A stretch of 64,000 nt of DNA from contig JAYWIR010000017.1 in the NCBI GenBank assembly GCA_036172245.1, forward strand, positions 3,038,001 to 3,102,000, read 5' to 3'. The notes under the pieces are model-generated. The model had not been told where the DNA came from and did no database searches. It saw only the letters and a program-made list of their open reading frames with translations. The translations under genes were made by a program, and so were the position numbers. This DNA is from Raillietiella orientalis. Lineage: Eukaryota. Shown here in pieces: positions 38,600-50,330 of this stretch (position 1 is the first letter of the stretch; every line of letters starts with the position of its first letter).

Positions 38600-39750
38600 T
38601 CAGACTTGATTCTGCTGCTTGCATGATCAAGGGCAAGAAACACGGGAACACTTTGGATGCTGAATTTATCCTCTCAATGATCCCAGTCGAGAGAAAGGAA
38701 TGTACGAGACTTCATCAATGCTGTACCAGAATGCGGCTGGTAAGACAAAGGAGGCGGCACTGCAGCTCACAGTGAGAGCTGCTTGGTTACTGGAGAAACC
38801 TTCTATCAATCTCAGAGTTTCCCACGGCAAAAAAAAAAAAATGCCTCTAAATTACCACGGAATGGACTCGAAGGAAAGCAGGTTGCCGTTAGGCAGCAGC
38901 AGCAATTAGAGTCATCAATAAGCTCCTTCCGAACAAGATAGAATCAGGAAACCTTGCTCTTCCTTCTCGAAAGACGGGAAGGCAAAAAATTGATTCACAG
39001 TACTCGCAAACTGAATTACTCGCAGTAGGTGAATCCTGGTGGGGGGGGAGGAAGTATGGCAAGACAAACAACATTTCGAAGGTGTTTCTATTATGTAATG
39101 GAATTCATCAGAGCAGTAGTCAGTGGGATGCTCATAAAATTGTTCATCACGTGTGTCAAAACCAATCTTCTCAAAGAAGCCCACAAATTTCAATACGGAA
39201 AGCCAGTCCACGAATCGCCACTGAATCGGAATGACCACTTGTGATGGGAAATCCGAGTTCGGGTGATGGGTCAGGTCAGCTTCTTGGAGAAAAGATAGGC
39301 AGACATGGAAAAGTCAGGCTTCCGTCAACCTGATGGAGAATGATCTTGACAAACAGCAAGATTTTCCCCCAATCTACATCTCCAAAGTGTGCATAAAAGC
39401 ATTTCCAAGCTCAGGATAGATGAATTTCTCTAGCTTAATCTCAGAAGAATAGCAAGCTGCCAAGAAAAGCCTCATGAAGAAACAATCCAGTCCTCTTGAA
39501 GACTCGGAAGTTGGCGAAGCATAAATAAAAATTCAACTTCCATAAACATTCCTTCCGCATCTCGCACCGTCATTTCATGCAGGCTCCCATTCTAAAGACC
39601 GTCTTTCTTTTTGCTTCTTCGAAAAAGATGTACTCCCTTGGAGGGCACCAAGCGACATGTGTGACTTCAAGACTTTCCAATCAAAAGATCTCAGATTGAA
39701 GGATCCGTAGCGTATTCATCTTTGCTGCGAGTCGCTCCGCTGATTTCCTG
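38600..39750 (-). pseudogene. Decayed PPR relic
   Basis: LFLAACYSSEIKLEKFIYPELGNAFMH, YAHFGDVDWGKIL and DSWTG. Confidence 0.45.
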
Positions 39751-40059
39751 AATCAGAAGAATCTCGCAGGATGCACAGTCACGTATCCACGCACAAGTTT
39801 ACAGATTTTTGATCTTCCTAGAATATGTGCAAGCATTCACTCTAAAACGACGGGTGTGGAAAGCTGGGACGCTTAGTAGCAGCTCCCTAACCCGGTACAA
39901 AGTGGAGAGCGTACGGCGAACCCCCCTCTTTTGGAGGACTTGAAATTTTTCCTCAGGGACCCGAAACGCCGAGTACTTGGAGGAATGCAAAAAATCTTGT
40001 TGGGGCCAAATGTGCCTGTGTGTGCACACTCGCTCATCAACGGAGAATGCAATTCGTTT

Positions 40060-43000
40060 CATGCAGCAGACAGCGACAAATGTAGCAGTTAGAGTGATTT
40101 AATGAAACAAACTTGCTATTCATCAAGCTGCAATTTGACATGCTCGCTGCTTCCACCTTCTAGCACGTGGCTTCCAAGATATCTGTTGCTACTTTGGTAA
40201 GGATACAATGCATGAACATCCGGAAGCCCACGCTGGTAGCATGGAAGAGCGAAGAAATATCGACAGAATCTCCATCATTAGCCTCTGAAAATTCCTTAGC
40301 ATGCTTCTGGACTCTCATCTATAAAATTCACAATTCGCATCGTTATTGTTTATTTTTTTATCCAAAGACATATGAGAATCGAAGGCAATCCAACGCACGG
40401 GAGTTGAAAACGATCGTTTCAAACCAATCTTATCACCAGCATCACTGAAAATTACAGCCTCTTGAAAAAAAAAAAAAACACATATTTGCTGAAAATCCTA
40501 ACAGTTTTTTTTCATGATGCATGATTTTGCATCCATCTCGAAACTGGAATACGCTGACGATGCATTCCGGCAAATGGAGCAAGAAACGAAAACGAAGGCA
40601 AAAGAATGCATTTGGGAGTTCAGCCATGCTCAGGAGTGTTCAGGAGCAGCTGAAACACACGACTGCCTCCTCCTGCTGAAACAGGATAACTGGTAACATC
40701 CTGAGACGAAGATCTGAACTCTGGAAATTTGGTAATCAATCCTTTGTGAGAAAAAAAAAAAAAAAGAAGCATCTAATATCCAGTCAGAGATTGACTTGCT
40801 CTTGCGTTGAAGAAAAAAAAAAAATCAGCATCTTTCTTGATCGTTTCTCGCATCCCACTCCTGCTCCCGTTGTACCTAGATGGGCCTATCCAGAGATCGA
40901 TAGAACCAGATCGAGATCTCACAAGACGGCCCATTAGCCACCCCAACTGCATAATTCTCTAGTGAGGCAACAGTCGCAAAATTCCAGAGTGAGGCTGATC
41001 AAGCTTCATCTTTCCGTGAGTGGAAGATTTTTCGATTTTGGGATGGAGCCCACGTCCTCAAGCAGCAGTGTTTCAGACAATTTTCCATGCTAATTCCATC
41101 AAACGCCATGGAATTACATTCGCCCGAGTCGTGCGTTCCGATTAGCTCATCTTTCATTATTTTCTGGGCTACTCGAGTTCCGGAGATTGGAAATTGCAGA
41201 AAGGGATCCGCGCTAGCGAGAACAAGGCGATGCAAAAGAGGGCACACCGAGTGCAACAGGAGAGAAAATAATTTGGAAACGCTGCAGGCCAGCTCTGAGC
41301 CGAGGAATGTTCCAAGAAAGACTTGCTAGAGATAGATATCAAGCTAGACAATCGGATATCATTTGGAATGGATTGGATTTGGGAAAACATATCTTTCTTA
41401 CACAGGGAAGGATTATCCAAGTGGAAGCTGCTCCCATTATAAGCAGAATCGGATGAAATCCAAGCAAGCGTTCTTCATAAATATATTCAGAGCACTTCGT
41501 ATTGATAGCCCTTTCCTCGTTGGTATGGGAGGCTTTATTGGTAGCTGTTTACTTGTACAGTTCCACTGATTGCTGAGTTCTTGGGAAGCAGTCCGTCAGA
41601 AGGCAATTGTGCTGTTGGAAATCCTATCCCGGAGACATGCATCCAAGTACGAATCCTACTCTTGTTGTACTCCTGGTGCCGAGAGAAGTGTCATTGCACG
41701 TTCTTCGTAAACGGTGTCCTTCGGCCTTAGGAGGAATGAAGATTACCGACTTCTGGAAACGATGGAATGGGAAAAAAGACGGATTGGTGCACCTCAGGCC
41801 AGGTAATTAAGGATAACGAAGGGGAAATAGGAGAAAGGATATGCATTCAGTCACTGCAACATGTGAGGTCAAAAGTAATTAAGCCTCCAGACAAAGTTAC
41901 CGTTTCCAGGAAAGTCTGCCGGGAAAATGGGTCTCCTTCACGAGTTGAGCTGTGTTCGTAGGGAAATTCATATGGCAGCAATGCCATGGATACGCAAACA
42001 GTTTTCGACAGAGACAACCAGCAGAAACATCACGTCAAAAAAGCGCTATAAATCCAAGAAGGAAAAGGTGAGTGAGACGTGGGGGTGGAAAGATGCTTTA
42101 CAAGAAATCAACATCAGGTGGTTAGGAATCGGAATTTCTACAACAGACACCCTAGAGCGAAAGACTCACTGAACACGTGGAGCTTTAGATCTGTCTTTCG
42201 GCGATCTCCCCAAAGCACTGTTCCCGAAAAGCGAGCGCCCTCTGAGGACGGAAACGAGACAAGTCGTGCCTGACGTAGATGAAACAACAACCCTTTAGGA
42301 TGCTTGAGGCTACTAGCCTCCAGCCTCCTCGGAAAAGGGAGGTTGCTGTTATACATTCAAGCTCATGGATTTGAGGATTATAGGAAGAATCGTTTCACTC
42401 CTGTCTGGCTCCTCCGCAGGAACACAGGAGATATCGACAGAAAAAGAAGTGCAAAGGAACCAAGGACGTTTCGCTCGCCAAGAGCGTCTCAGAATTTCTG
42501 CGTTTTGCAGAATCTACGAATTTATTTTGGGACCAGTGGAAACTTCTGGAAAATTAAAACTCGCTTTAGAGATATTACAAATTGCGGTGAGGTGGCCAAG
42601 CGACACCACGCGCCATCCCACGGCATTCCCAACAGTCAGAGCCATGGCGCTTCATGGACGTTTCTTACCGAACTTCGACTTTCTTTCCGTTCCAGAAAGT
42701 CCTTTTGGAGGGGGAAATTTTGCTCGCCATCCGGAAAAAACACTTCTGTTTAGCGTGAACTCGTCCTGAGCGCAAAAATGTTCCAGGAACTGCAAAGCCA
42801 GAGAAGGACTCCAGCAGGAATGGTTTGAGGGTCAGAGGATCTAAGAAGAGACCGGAATTTCGTGAGCGTTCCCTAGACGATGGGCATTCACCTAGAAAGA
42901 GGCAGGCTTCTCTCTGCTCGCGAATCTCGTCAAGCAGGTTCTTCCACAAACTTTGATGCTGTTGAGGAAGAAGAATCAAAAGAGAAATCAAAGCAAAAGG

Positions 43001-43200
43001 AAGCATTCACGCAAGATGGAGTGTCCCGTGGCTCTTCTTTGCACATGACAGTGGCGCGACCCTGCTTGTGACGGAGGTCAGTAGAGAATCGGAAATAACA
43101 GCTTGGGTAAATCTCCTCATGATGCAGCCCAGCTCATGACGGTGGCTCATTTCTTCGGCGGCTTTCCGGAAGCCATGATTTTTTTTTTCTATAAGAGGAT
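40060..43200 (+). pseudogene. Decayed PLS PPR relic with DYW-like tail
   Basis: KLEYADDAFRQME, GLDLGKHI, MHPSTNPTLVVLL, LLGKGRLLLYIQAHGFED, SGKLKLALEIL and AMALHGR; DYW-like KEAGF / DAVEEEESKEK / HSRKMECPVALLCT near 42890-43050. Confidence 0.6.
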
Positions 43201-43249
43201 TCATCCATCATTCCCAAGATGAACTCCCAACCCTGAACGAATTTTTCCT

Positions 43250-43985
43250 CTACATTTCTTTTCTCGGTTTGGGTACCCTGCAATGCAACATTCCGATCAC
43301 TCGGAAGGGTAGACATGCGACTTCCGCCGGAGACCAAAATCGGAAAACAGGATGGCAACGTGGCAATCCATCAACCAGAAATGCTCATCTGCCCGTGGTT
43401 GGCTTCGCGGCAGATGGTGGTGGAATACGAGGCTCAGAGGTAGGTGGGGGTCCCTTTCATGGATTGTGTCCGACAGTCGCACGACGTACGACTTCGCAAC
43501 AAAAAGTCAAGGCAGGTCCCCTTCAACCCTTCTCCCTCAGGAGAAAAGGTGCTGACCAATAATTGTCTCTGGAGACGTGGAAGAACGATTTTGAGGTCTT
43601 CGTTGGTGGGAAAAATGAAGCAGAGAATTTCACCGTGGCAGAACCTGCCATCGTTACCCAAGGACCCGACAGGCTCACGAGACGGGGTTGGCCGAAGCTG
43701 AAAAATGCAGGCTAACCGAAAAAGATCGCTCCAGGTTTCCTAACAGCGGGAACCATCCGGGATCCGGATCGTTTTTGTCGTGCTCACGTGCTGTGGATGC
43801 AGCCGCTGCTTAATCTTCCCCGATGCACGACGGATTCGTCTCCATCCATTTTGTCCAATGAAGGACAACCATTCGAAAGGGAATTTGGAAGACCACAGGG
43901 TTAACGAGGTGAGCACATGACCACCAGGCAGACTTTTACCAACAAGCGATTCAGGTGACCCTTTTCCCTGTTGGACGAAAACTGT

Positions 43986-44016
<31 letters not shown>

Positions 44017-44500
44017 GAAAAAAAAAACATGGGGAACCAAGATCGAGCACAGTGCTTGTAGACAAGGCATCTGATAAGTTCGACGCTAGCTTTCGGTCCT
44101 CTGAGGAAATTCCTGTCCGAGAAAAGGGACAAGATTGGATTGATTCAGCAACTCTCCTGATGCAGCACGGTTCATCTCGAAACGCCATCAAACTAGACGG
44201 GTTTTTTCCTTCTCTGCATGTGTCTTCTCTGAGCTGAAAGATCAAGAGATCGAAATTTCCTCGTAACTAAGACAGGTAGCTCCCTCCTTGGACATTCTCT
44301 TCTCTCCAAGAAAAAACCTTTCTCGGAGAGAAACAAAGATCTTCTAGCGTGGAGCTAACAATCGATCGGATCGACTCTCCCTAAGGGGCACTTCAGTGTC
44401 GATTCAACGGATTTCTTCCTCCCCACAGTCAGACCTTTCTTTGCAGGAACTTGACCAACTGAAGGAACACCGAGACTTGGCTGTCTCAGAGGGCATTTGA
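43250..44500 (-). pseudogene. Probable decayed PPR relic
   Basis: TVFVQQGKG, LVSTFSPEGEGLKG and STLEDL; interrupted by an A-tract at ~43986-44027. Confidence 0.35.
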
Positions 44501-45299
44501 TGGATGCAGAGTAAACCATTCTCTCACAGAAATTGGGGGGGGAGGGGGCAACGCAGGGAATACCACCAGAGTCTCACACATCTCGTCGTGAGAAAATCGA
44601 ACAGCGCACCAGTAGGCCGGCGAAGGAATGATGACCCACTTCTTCGAGTCCGGAGACCACACAGGCAGCCAAGACCAAGCGTCTCAGTCCCTGCTTTCAC
44701 AATGATTCTCATCTTCCACGGAAGGAAGCCCCATCAATGAGCGAAAGCCGCCATCGCTGCCGTAAGCCTCCTGAAGCACTTGCCTTCTGCAAGAGGCTGT
44801 TCTGTATCAGGATATCCTTGGTAATAAAAGCAATCAGCAGAAGATACAGGCATCCTCCCTCTCTCTCTCTCTCTCTTTTTTTTTTTCCTTTTTCATTTCG
44901 TTACGGCGCAGACCTCCACGAGAGAGGAGAGAATGCTGCATGCCCAGAGGTGTTTTGTTTGTCGTGAAATCAGCTTATCAGACTGCATGCTGAGACACCT
45001 ACGCTCGTAGAGGGGAACAACAGCTGCAAACGGGAACGCAAAACAAGGAGCGACGCAGCTCCAGTTCTTTCGTCCTACTAGCCGAGGACACAAACGGGAG
45101 GCGAGGGTGTACTCAGGTTCTCAGGCAGCCTGCAGAACGCGAAACGGGTCGAGATGGCATGGTGAGCTCATCAGTCTGTGGCCTGCGTCCAGAAAGGATA
45201 AGCTAAAGGAAAAATAGGCTCGACTGTGTCGTTTCTTGAAAATCCTGGAGGCTTGCAGCTCCAGACCTCATGCAGCTGCCCGTCTCACGTCGCGTGCCG

Positions 45300-46300
45300 T
45301 CGTGCCAAGCACACTTGTGGTGCAAATCGATTTTGGCTCATCTAAGTTCATTAGCTGATCAGCAGGACAAGTTGATCCCTTGAACTCAGAATGGAACCGA
45401 GGGATGTTTTCTGGTCCTTACTCCATGAGTTCCCGTTCTAAATACTCTGAATACCATCGTGGGAGTGACTCAATTAAAATATTTCAAAGAAGGCTTTACT
45501 TGGGGCTCGTCTGAGATGGGACTCTGGGGAGAAAAAGCGAAGACCCCCTGCATGCTTAAGGAACCTGCAAGAAAGCCTCTTTGAGACATTCTCTCGTAGC
45601 CAAAGAGGTTTTAAGATCCTGATATTTGGGAAAGAATCCACCTTGAACCTCAACCTCGCACGCCTAGAAAAACTGTTCCTCGCAGTTCCAGAAGCTGCAC
45701 AAATGAGATGAAAAAAGTCTCAAATAGAATCCCTAATAGCGTTCGGATATTTATTGATTAGAAAAGGGAGAAATACCTGAAATGCTTTCAACTGTCCCAA
45801 GCAGATGATTGGTTCTAGAGAAAGAAAAGCAGGATGCAGGATGCAGACTGTATTCAAAGAGCTCAACGCATTACTGTCGGAAATCAAATTGATGAAATCC
45901 TTGAGGATCTTGACGCTTTCTCGTTTGCCACTGCTGGTAGAAATGATTTTTTTCTTTCTTTTTGTTTGATGCCTCAAGAACCGCGTAGTGAGAAGCGGGC
46001 TCCGTGACAAAATGTAAGCTCGCTCGCTGTAGAAGGCTCAGTTGAGTTTCAGACGAGTTCTCCAGTGTATCCGCCGTCCTTTTTGCTTTTCCACATCCTT
46101 GAAATGTTTCTAAAATTCTTGGACTCGCGGGAACTTTGGTGCGAAGCTGCACTCGGGACAGCAAATCGCCTAAGAGCAGGGCGCGCGCACTCGTGTATTT
46201 CTGCACAGACGAAAGTTGTCACCCGCCAAACGATTGCACCACATCACCCGAAATTGGCACTTGACGCTCCCTTTAAAAGCACCCAGAATCCAACCACTTG
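45300..46300 (-). pseudogene. Decayed PPR relic
   Basis: TSARALLLGDLL...ILETFQGCGKAKRTADTLE and SHSHDGI. Confidence 0.5.
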
Positions 46301-46837
46301 AAAGCTCAAGAACATCCACAGAAATTCACAGTGCAGTTCTGAAAGGAGTCTGCTTCGAAATAGCGAACAACCGAAATGTAGGTCAATGAATCTTAATAAA
46401 TGTATCGCTCATATTACTGTCAGTAACACGTGTGTCGATACAAATGAATACCTGTGCGCATTAAAATAAATTTGCATACCAATCTACGTAGGATGAACGC
46501 GTGTGTTTATTTTTTCGTGATCTTTCGGATTTTGATGGCCACAGTTCGGCAAGACGAGTCATCCAGGGACATCTACCCACACGTCCAGGAACCATTGCTC
46601 TCTACCAAGGTCGAACTCTAAGTAGAAAGAACCCCTCTCCAAGTTCCAAACGGACATTACAAATGGTGCGCCGCCTCACGGCCAGTGCGTCTTCTCAGAT
46701 ACAGATTCAGCAGGATGCAAAAGAAGGCGACCTTTTCGAGTCCTGGATTCTTCTGCGACCACTGCTACTCATTCACTGGAAGCGGGTTTGCAGGCACCCA
46801 CGGTGGCTGGTCACAGCTGCTGCTATTGGCATAGGAT

Positions 46838-47860
46838 GATGACCACCCGGTTATGCTGAGACATTTATTACTTAAAGTGATCAAAATACACTGGTGTGGT
46901 AGACCTAGTTGTTCTACCGCGCTCAATGAGCCTGCCGAGGACCGGTACGCAGACCGGCGAGGTCCGCTTAGGTAGCGTGGGGGAAACAAAAACACAAACA
47001 AACAAACAAACAAAACGGAGGAGGTGGATTTATACACAGGGAGGGGATGAATCGAGGAAGGGATCACGACATGATGCCAAGCGTCCTCTGCATCCTATTC
47101 AGCATGTTAGCAAGTTCCGTCCATATAGCGCCCAGGTGGGGCCATCTCGAGGCGGACCTCAGGAAGATCGGAGCCCAGCGGACGGCGTTCTTTCCATTTT
47201 GGCCTCTTCTTCCCGTGTTCCAGGCTGCCACGACTCTGCGGACACAGCAGAGAAAAATGTGAGGGAAGCGGGCTGGAGGCAGTGCGGCACTACGCAAGAA
47301 GAGGAGTCTGAAAAGGTCCCTGGAGCCGCCTGCCGGGATTCCTAGAATCGTCGCGAGGCGATCCCAAATGGGTCGGAGGGCAGCACCGTCCACCGGCAGG
47401 TGTGGGAGTGTCTCCTTCCCGTGCCTGTCGCACTCTGAGCGTCCACGCTCCCTCCCCCGTGTCCAGTGTTGAAGGCGCGCTTTGCAAGGGATTCCCCCAT
47501 GCACCACTAGCAACGCCGACTCCTGCCAATCGAGGGGGAAGGTGCCGCTGTTCCAGCACGCCGGGGACCACTTCACCTCCTCCGGAGGGACGTCGAGCAG
47601 CTGTCCCCAGCGTAAAAGTCCGTGGGGTAGGACACTTGGGGTTGCAGTGTCCATCACTTCCCGATTTGCCGGGATGATGGAAATCCTCTGTGGGTTCTGT
47701 TTTCGATGCTTTCCTTCCGACCTTATTTTTTTGGTCCTCCAGGTGCTGGAGAAGCACTCTCCTCCTTACGGAGAGCTCACGAAGCTCTTTAAGCACGGTA
47801 CAGGCCACCGGAGGGTGAGAGTAACTCTTCAATTCAGGGGATAAACGCAAGGAGACCATC
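46838..47860 (-). mobile_element. 5'-truncated LINE fragment (L6)
   Basis: ORF 47064..47657: WQESALLVVHGGIPCKARL...CDRHGKETLPHLPVDGAALRPIWDRL...SRWPHL...LNRMQRT. Decayed terminal hairpin at 46838-46870. Confidence 0.87.
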
Positions 47861-47879
47861 CCGTGAATCCAGGAAGACT

Positions 47880-48421
47880 CTGGAGGAAAGGATTAGTTCC
47901 TCTCACACTTGGGAGGGAGCCTCGAAGGAAACCATCTCTTCCTTATGCTCTCCGGAGGGAATCCGGATAAGATCAGCTCCTAGAATTTCTTCCCCGGAGG
48001 GCACCCGCAAGGGAACGGCTCCTGGTTTCCTCCTCTGAAGAGAATCCCGAAGGGATGCTCTCCAATTTCCTTGAGGGGCGCTCCCTGAGGAAAGTAGCGC
48101 GCTTCTTGACATTCTGGAGAAGCAACCCCGCGATCTCCTTGGTAACGGCTCCATCTTCACAACCGGAAGAGAACCCGAAGGGAACCGGCTCCTTGGTTCC
48201 TAGAAGGACCTTGGAGGATCGACTCCCAATCCCGGCCAGCCAAGGGAGGCATCCGGTTCCCGGATTCTACCTAAAGCCCATGGACCACCAATCAATGTCA
48301 CCCTACGGGAAGGACTGGAAATTCACGACGCACCCATTTCGCAGCATAGATCCTCCACATGGTGATTCAAACTCGCGTCGCTTGTTAGCAGGCGCGAAGG
48401 CCGCCGCAAGCTACGCGGGCC
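47880..48421 (-). mobile_element. tRNA-derived SINE-like element, copy 4
   Basis: Head GCCCGCGTAGCTTGCGGCGG...GAGTTTGAATC. Body motifs TGGCCGGGATTGG, ATGGAGCCGTT and TCCCTTCGGGATTCTCTTCAGAGGAGG are shared with other copies. Confidence 0.7.
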
Positions 48422-49235
48422 TAGGATGCAGGAAGACCATTTCCAATCGGATGCTGCAGGCCCCTCAGGCCTCAAAGCCATGTCGCCGCGACGACCCTAG
48501 CCGCGAGTTGGAGGTGACCGGGCGCTGCTGTCGCCATGCCGCACTCCGTTCCTGCCGCTTGAGTGATCCACTGCGCACGCGTGCTTCCTGGTCATGCGTG
48601 GAGGAAAGATATGGCATCCTAGATCTCCAGTCAGATCTTCATTCCTACGGATCGCGCAGCTCAGGTGTCCTTCCTCATCGAACGGTCGGGAAGAAAAAGG
48701 TGAGGCGCGATGGGCGAGGACCGGCTCAAAGAGACTCCTCCCCACCATCCACCCCTCGAGCCGTTTGCATCCGCCTCAGCAGCAACCTGGGTCGGCAGCA
48801 CACCACCTCCGAGTCGCCAAAATGACCGAGTTTCCCCTCCCGCCATCTCACGGATTCCGGACATGGAACGAAGCGCCCATGGATGCGAGACCGCCGCGTG
48901 CGGTCCGAGGACTCCGGGAAGGAAGTCCTTCGCGTTCCGCCCGACCCGAATTGTTTCTTCTTTCTCCCTTCCCTTTCTCCCACGTGGATGCCGTCGTGGC
49001 GCCTTTGCCACCGCGGAGACCCTTCTCATCGGCACGGAGCATCCCCACCGAAGACGCGAGGGAGAGAGCAGGCGCAGCGCGCGCTCATGCTCGGCGAGAG
49101 CGGAGCGGGCGAGCGGCTTCGTTCCGTGCTCCGCCCTCTCGCGTCAGGGAGGCGATCGAAGACGAAAGGGTGCGCCGCTCCTCTATCCGTTGCCAGTCTT
49201 GGGAACCAGAAGACGCGTCCTCCGGGAGACACCTG

Positions 49236-50330
49236 GATTGCCACCCGGGCGCGCCGCGGCGTTCATTTCATAAAAACAAATAAATAAATAAGCAATCGTG
49301 ATCTCTGTGGTTAGACCCGTGGTCCAACCATAAACATCCAGGTACGCAGACCGGTGAAGTCCGTAGTGGCAACAGAAGGGAGGGAGCAAACAGAAAGAAA
49401 AAAGTAACCCAATGTTTTTTTTTTTTTGGGGGGGGGGAGAATACGTCCTGCTAGGGGTGGTTCTCTGCATCCTCTTAAGGATGCCTGCAAGCTCTTGCTG
49501 GAAGTTGTTTTCCAGGTGGGGCCATCTTATTGATGTCTACAGGAAGTGGACGGCGAAGTGGATGTGGCATCCCTGTCTCTCGGTCCTCCTCCTGCGTGGC
49601 TCCAGGGCAGCGACGATGATCCCACACAGAGAGCAGAGAGCTGCTAGCAAGGCTGGCAGTGGAAGAGCGTCCTGAACAAGGAAGGGTCGTAAAGCTTCCC
49701 TGGAGTTGCCTCCGGGGGTTCCTGGGGTCGCGGCGAAGCGTTCCCAGAGGGGCCGGATGACAACACAATCCACGAGCAGGTGGGGGAGGGATTCTCCTGC
49801 ACGTGGCACGATTCAGATCCACCCACCACCACCCCGTGCCCAGTGATGCCAGCGGGCATTGCATGAAGGACCCCACTGCAACAGCAGCAGCAGCGCTGAC
49901 TCCCGCCACTTTGATGGGAATGTGCGTCTGTCCGAGAGCACTGTAGTTCACTGCAGGTCTTCCAGCGGAATCTCCAGCAGCTCGCCTCATCCGCAAAAGT
50001 CTCGAGGTGAAATACTCGGGTTACGGAGTCGTCAAGCTGGTCTGTCGTCCACTACTCACCCAGTCCTCTTCTCCCTCCGGAGGTTTCCACGGAAACCTCA
50101 CATCTAGCCGGAAGGCTGCTTTCCATGTGCTCCCTGAGGGAGGGCAGCGCTACGGCAAGGGAGGTTCCTCCTGCCCACGTTCTTTTACCCGGATCCTGGA
50201 GAATCTCTCGGAGCGGGCCCGTACAGGAAATTCTGTACCTGTTCCGGGCATGAAGGACACCTGGAGGAGGGGGGAGAAAAGCCCTAGGTGGTGAGCTCTG
50301 GACAGGCCAAGGACTCAACAACCAAGCGAT
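49236..50330 (-). mobile_element. 5'-truncated LINE fragment (L7)
   Basis: ESLPHLLVDCVVIRPLWERF...IRWPHLENNFQQELAGILKRMQRT. Terminal GCCGCGGCGCGCCCGGGTGGCAATC. Confidence 0.85.

Noticed and set aside
40544..40561. LEYADD as a reverse-transcriptase catalytic motif
   Set aside because: No other RT motifs nearby, and the context LEYADDAFRQME fits a PPR helix.
48055..49283. Long ORFs (256 aa, 229 aa) and other >150 aa ORFs in the track as real genes
   Set aside because: Low-complexity R/S/P-rich translations that cross SINE, PPR and LINE boundaries, as expected by chance in GC-rich DNA.
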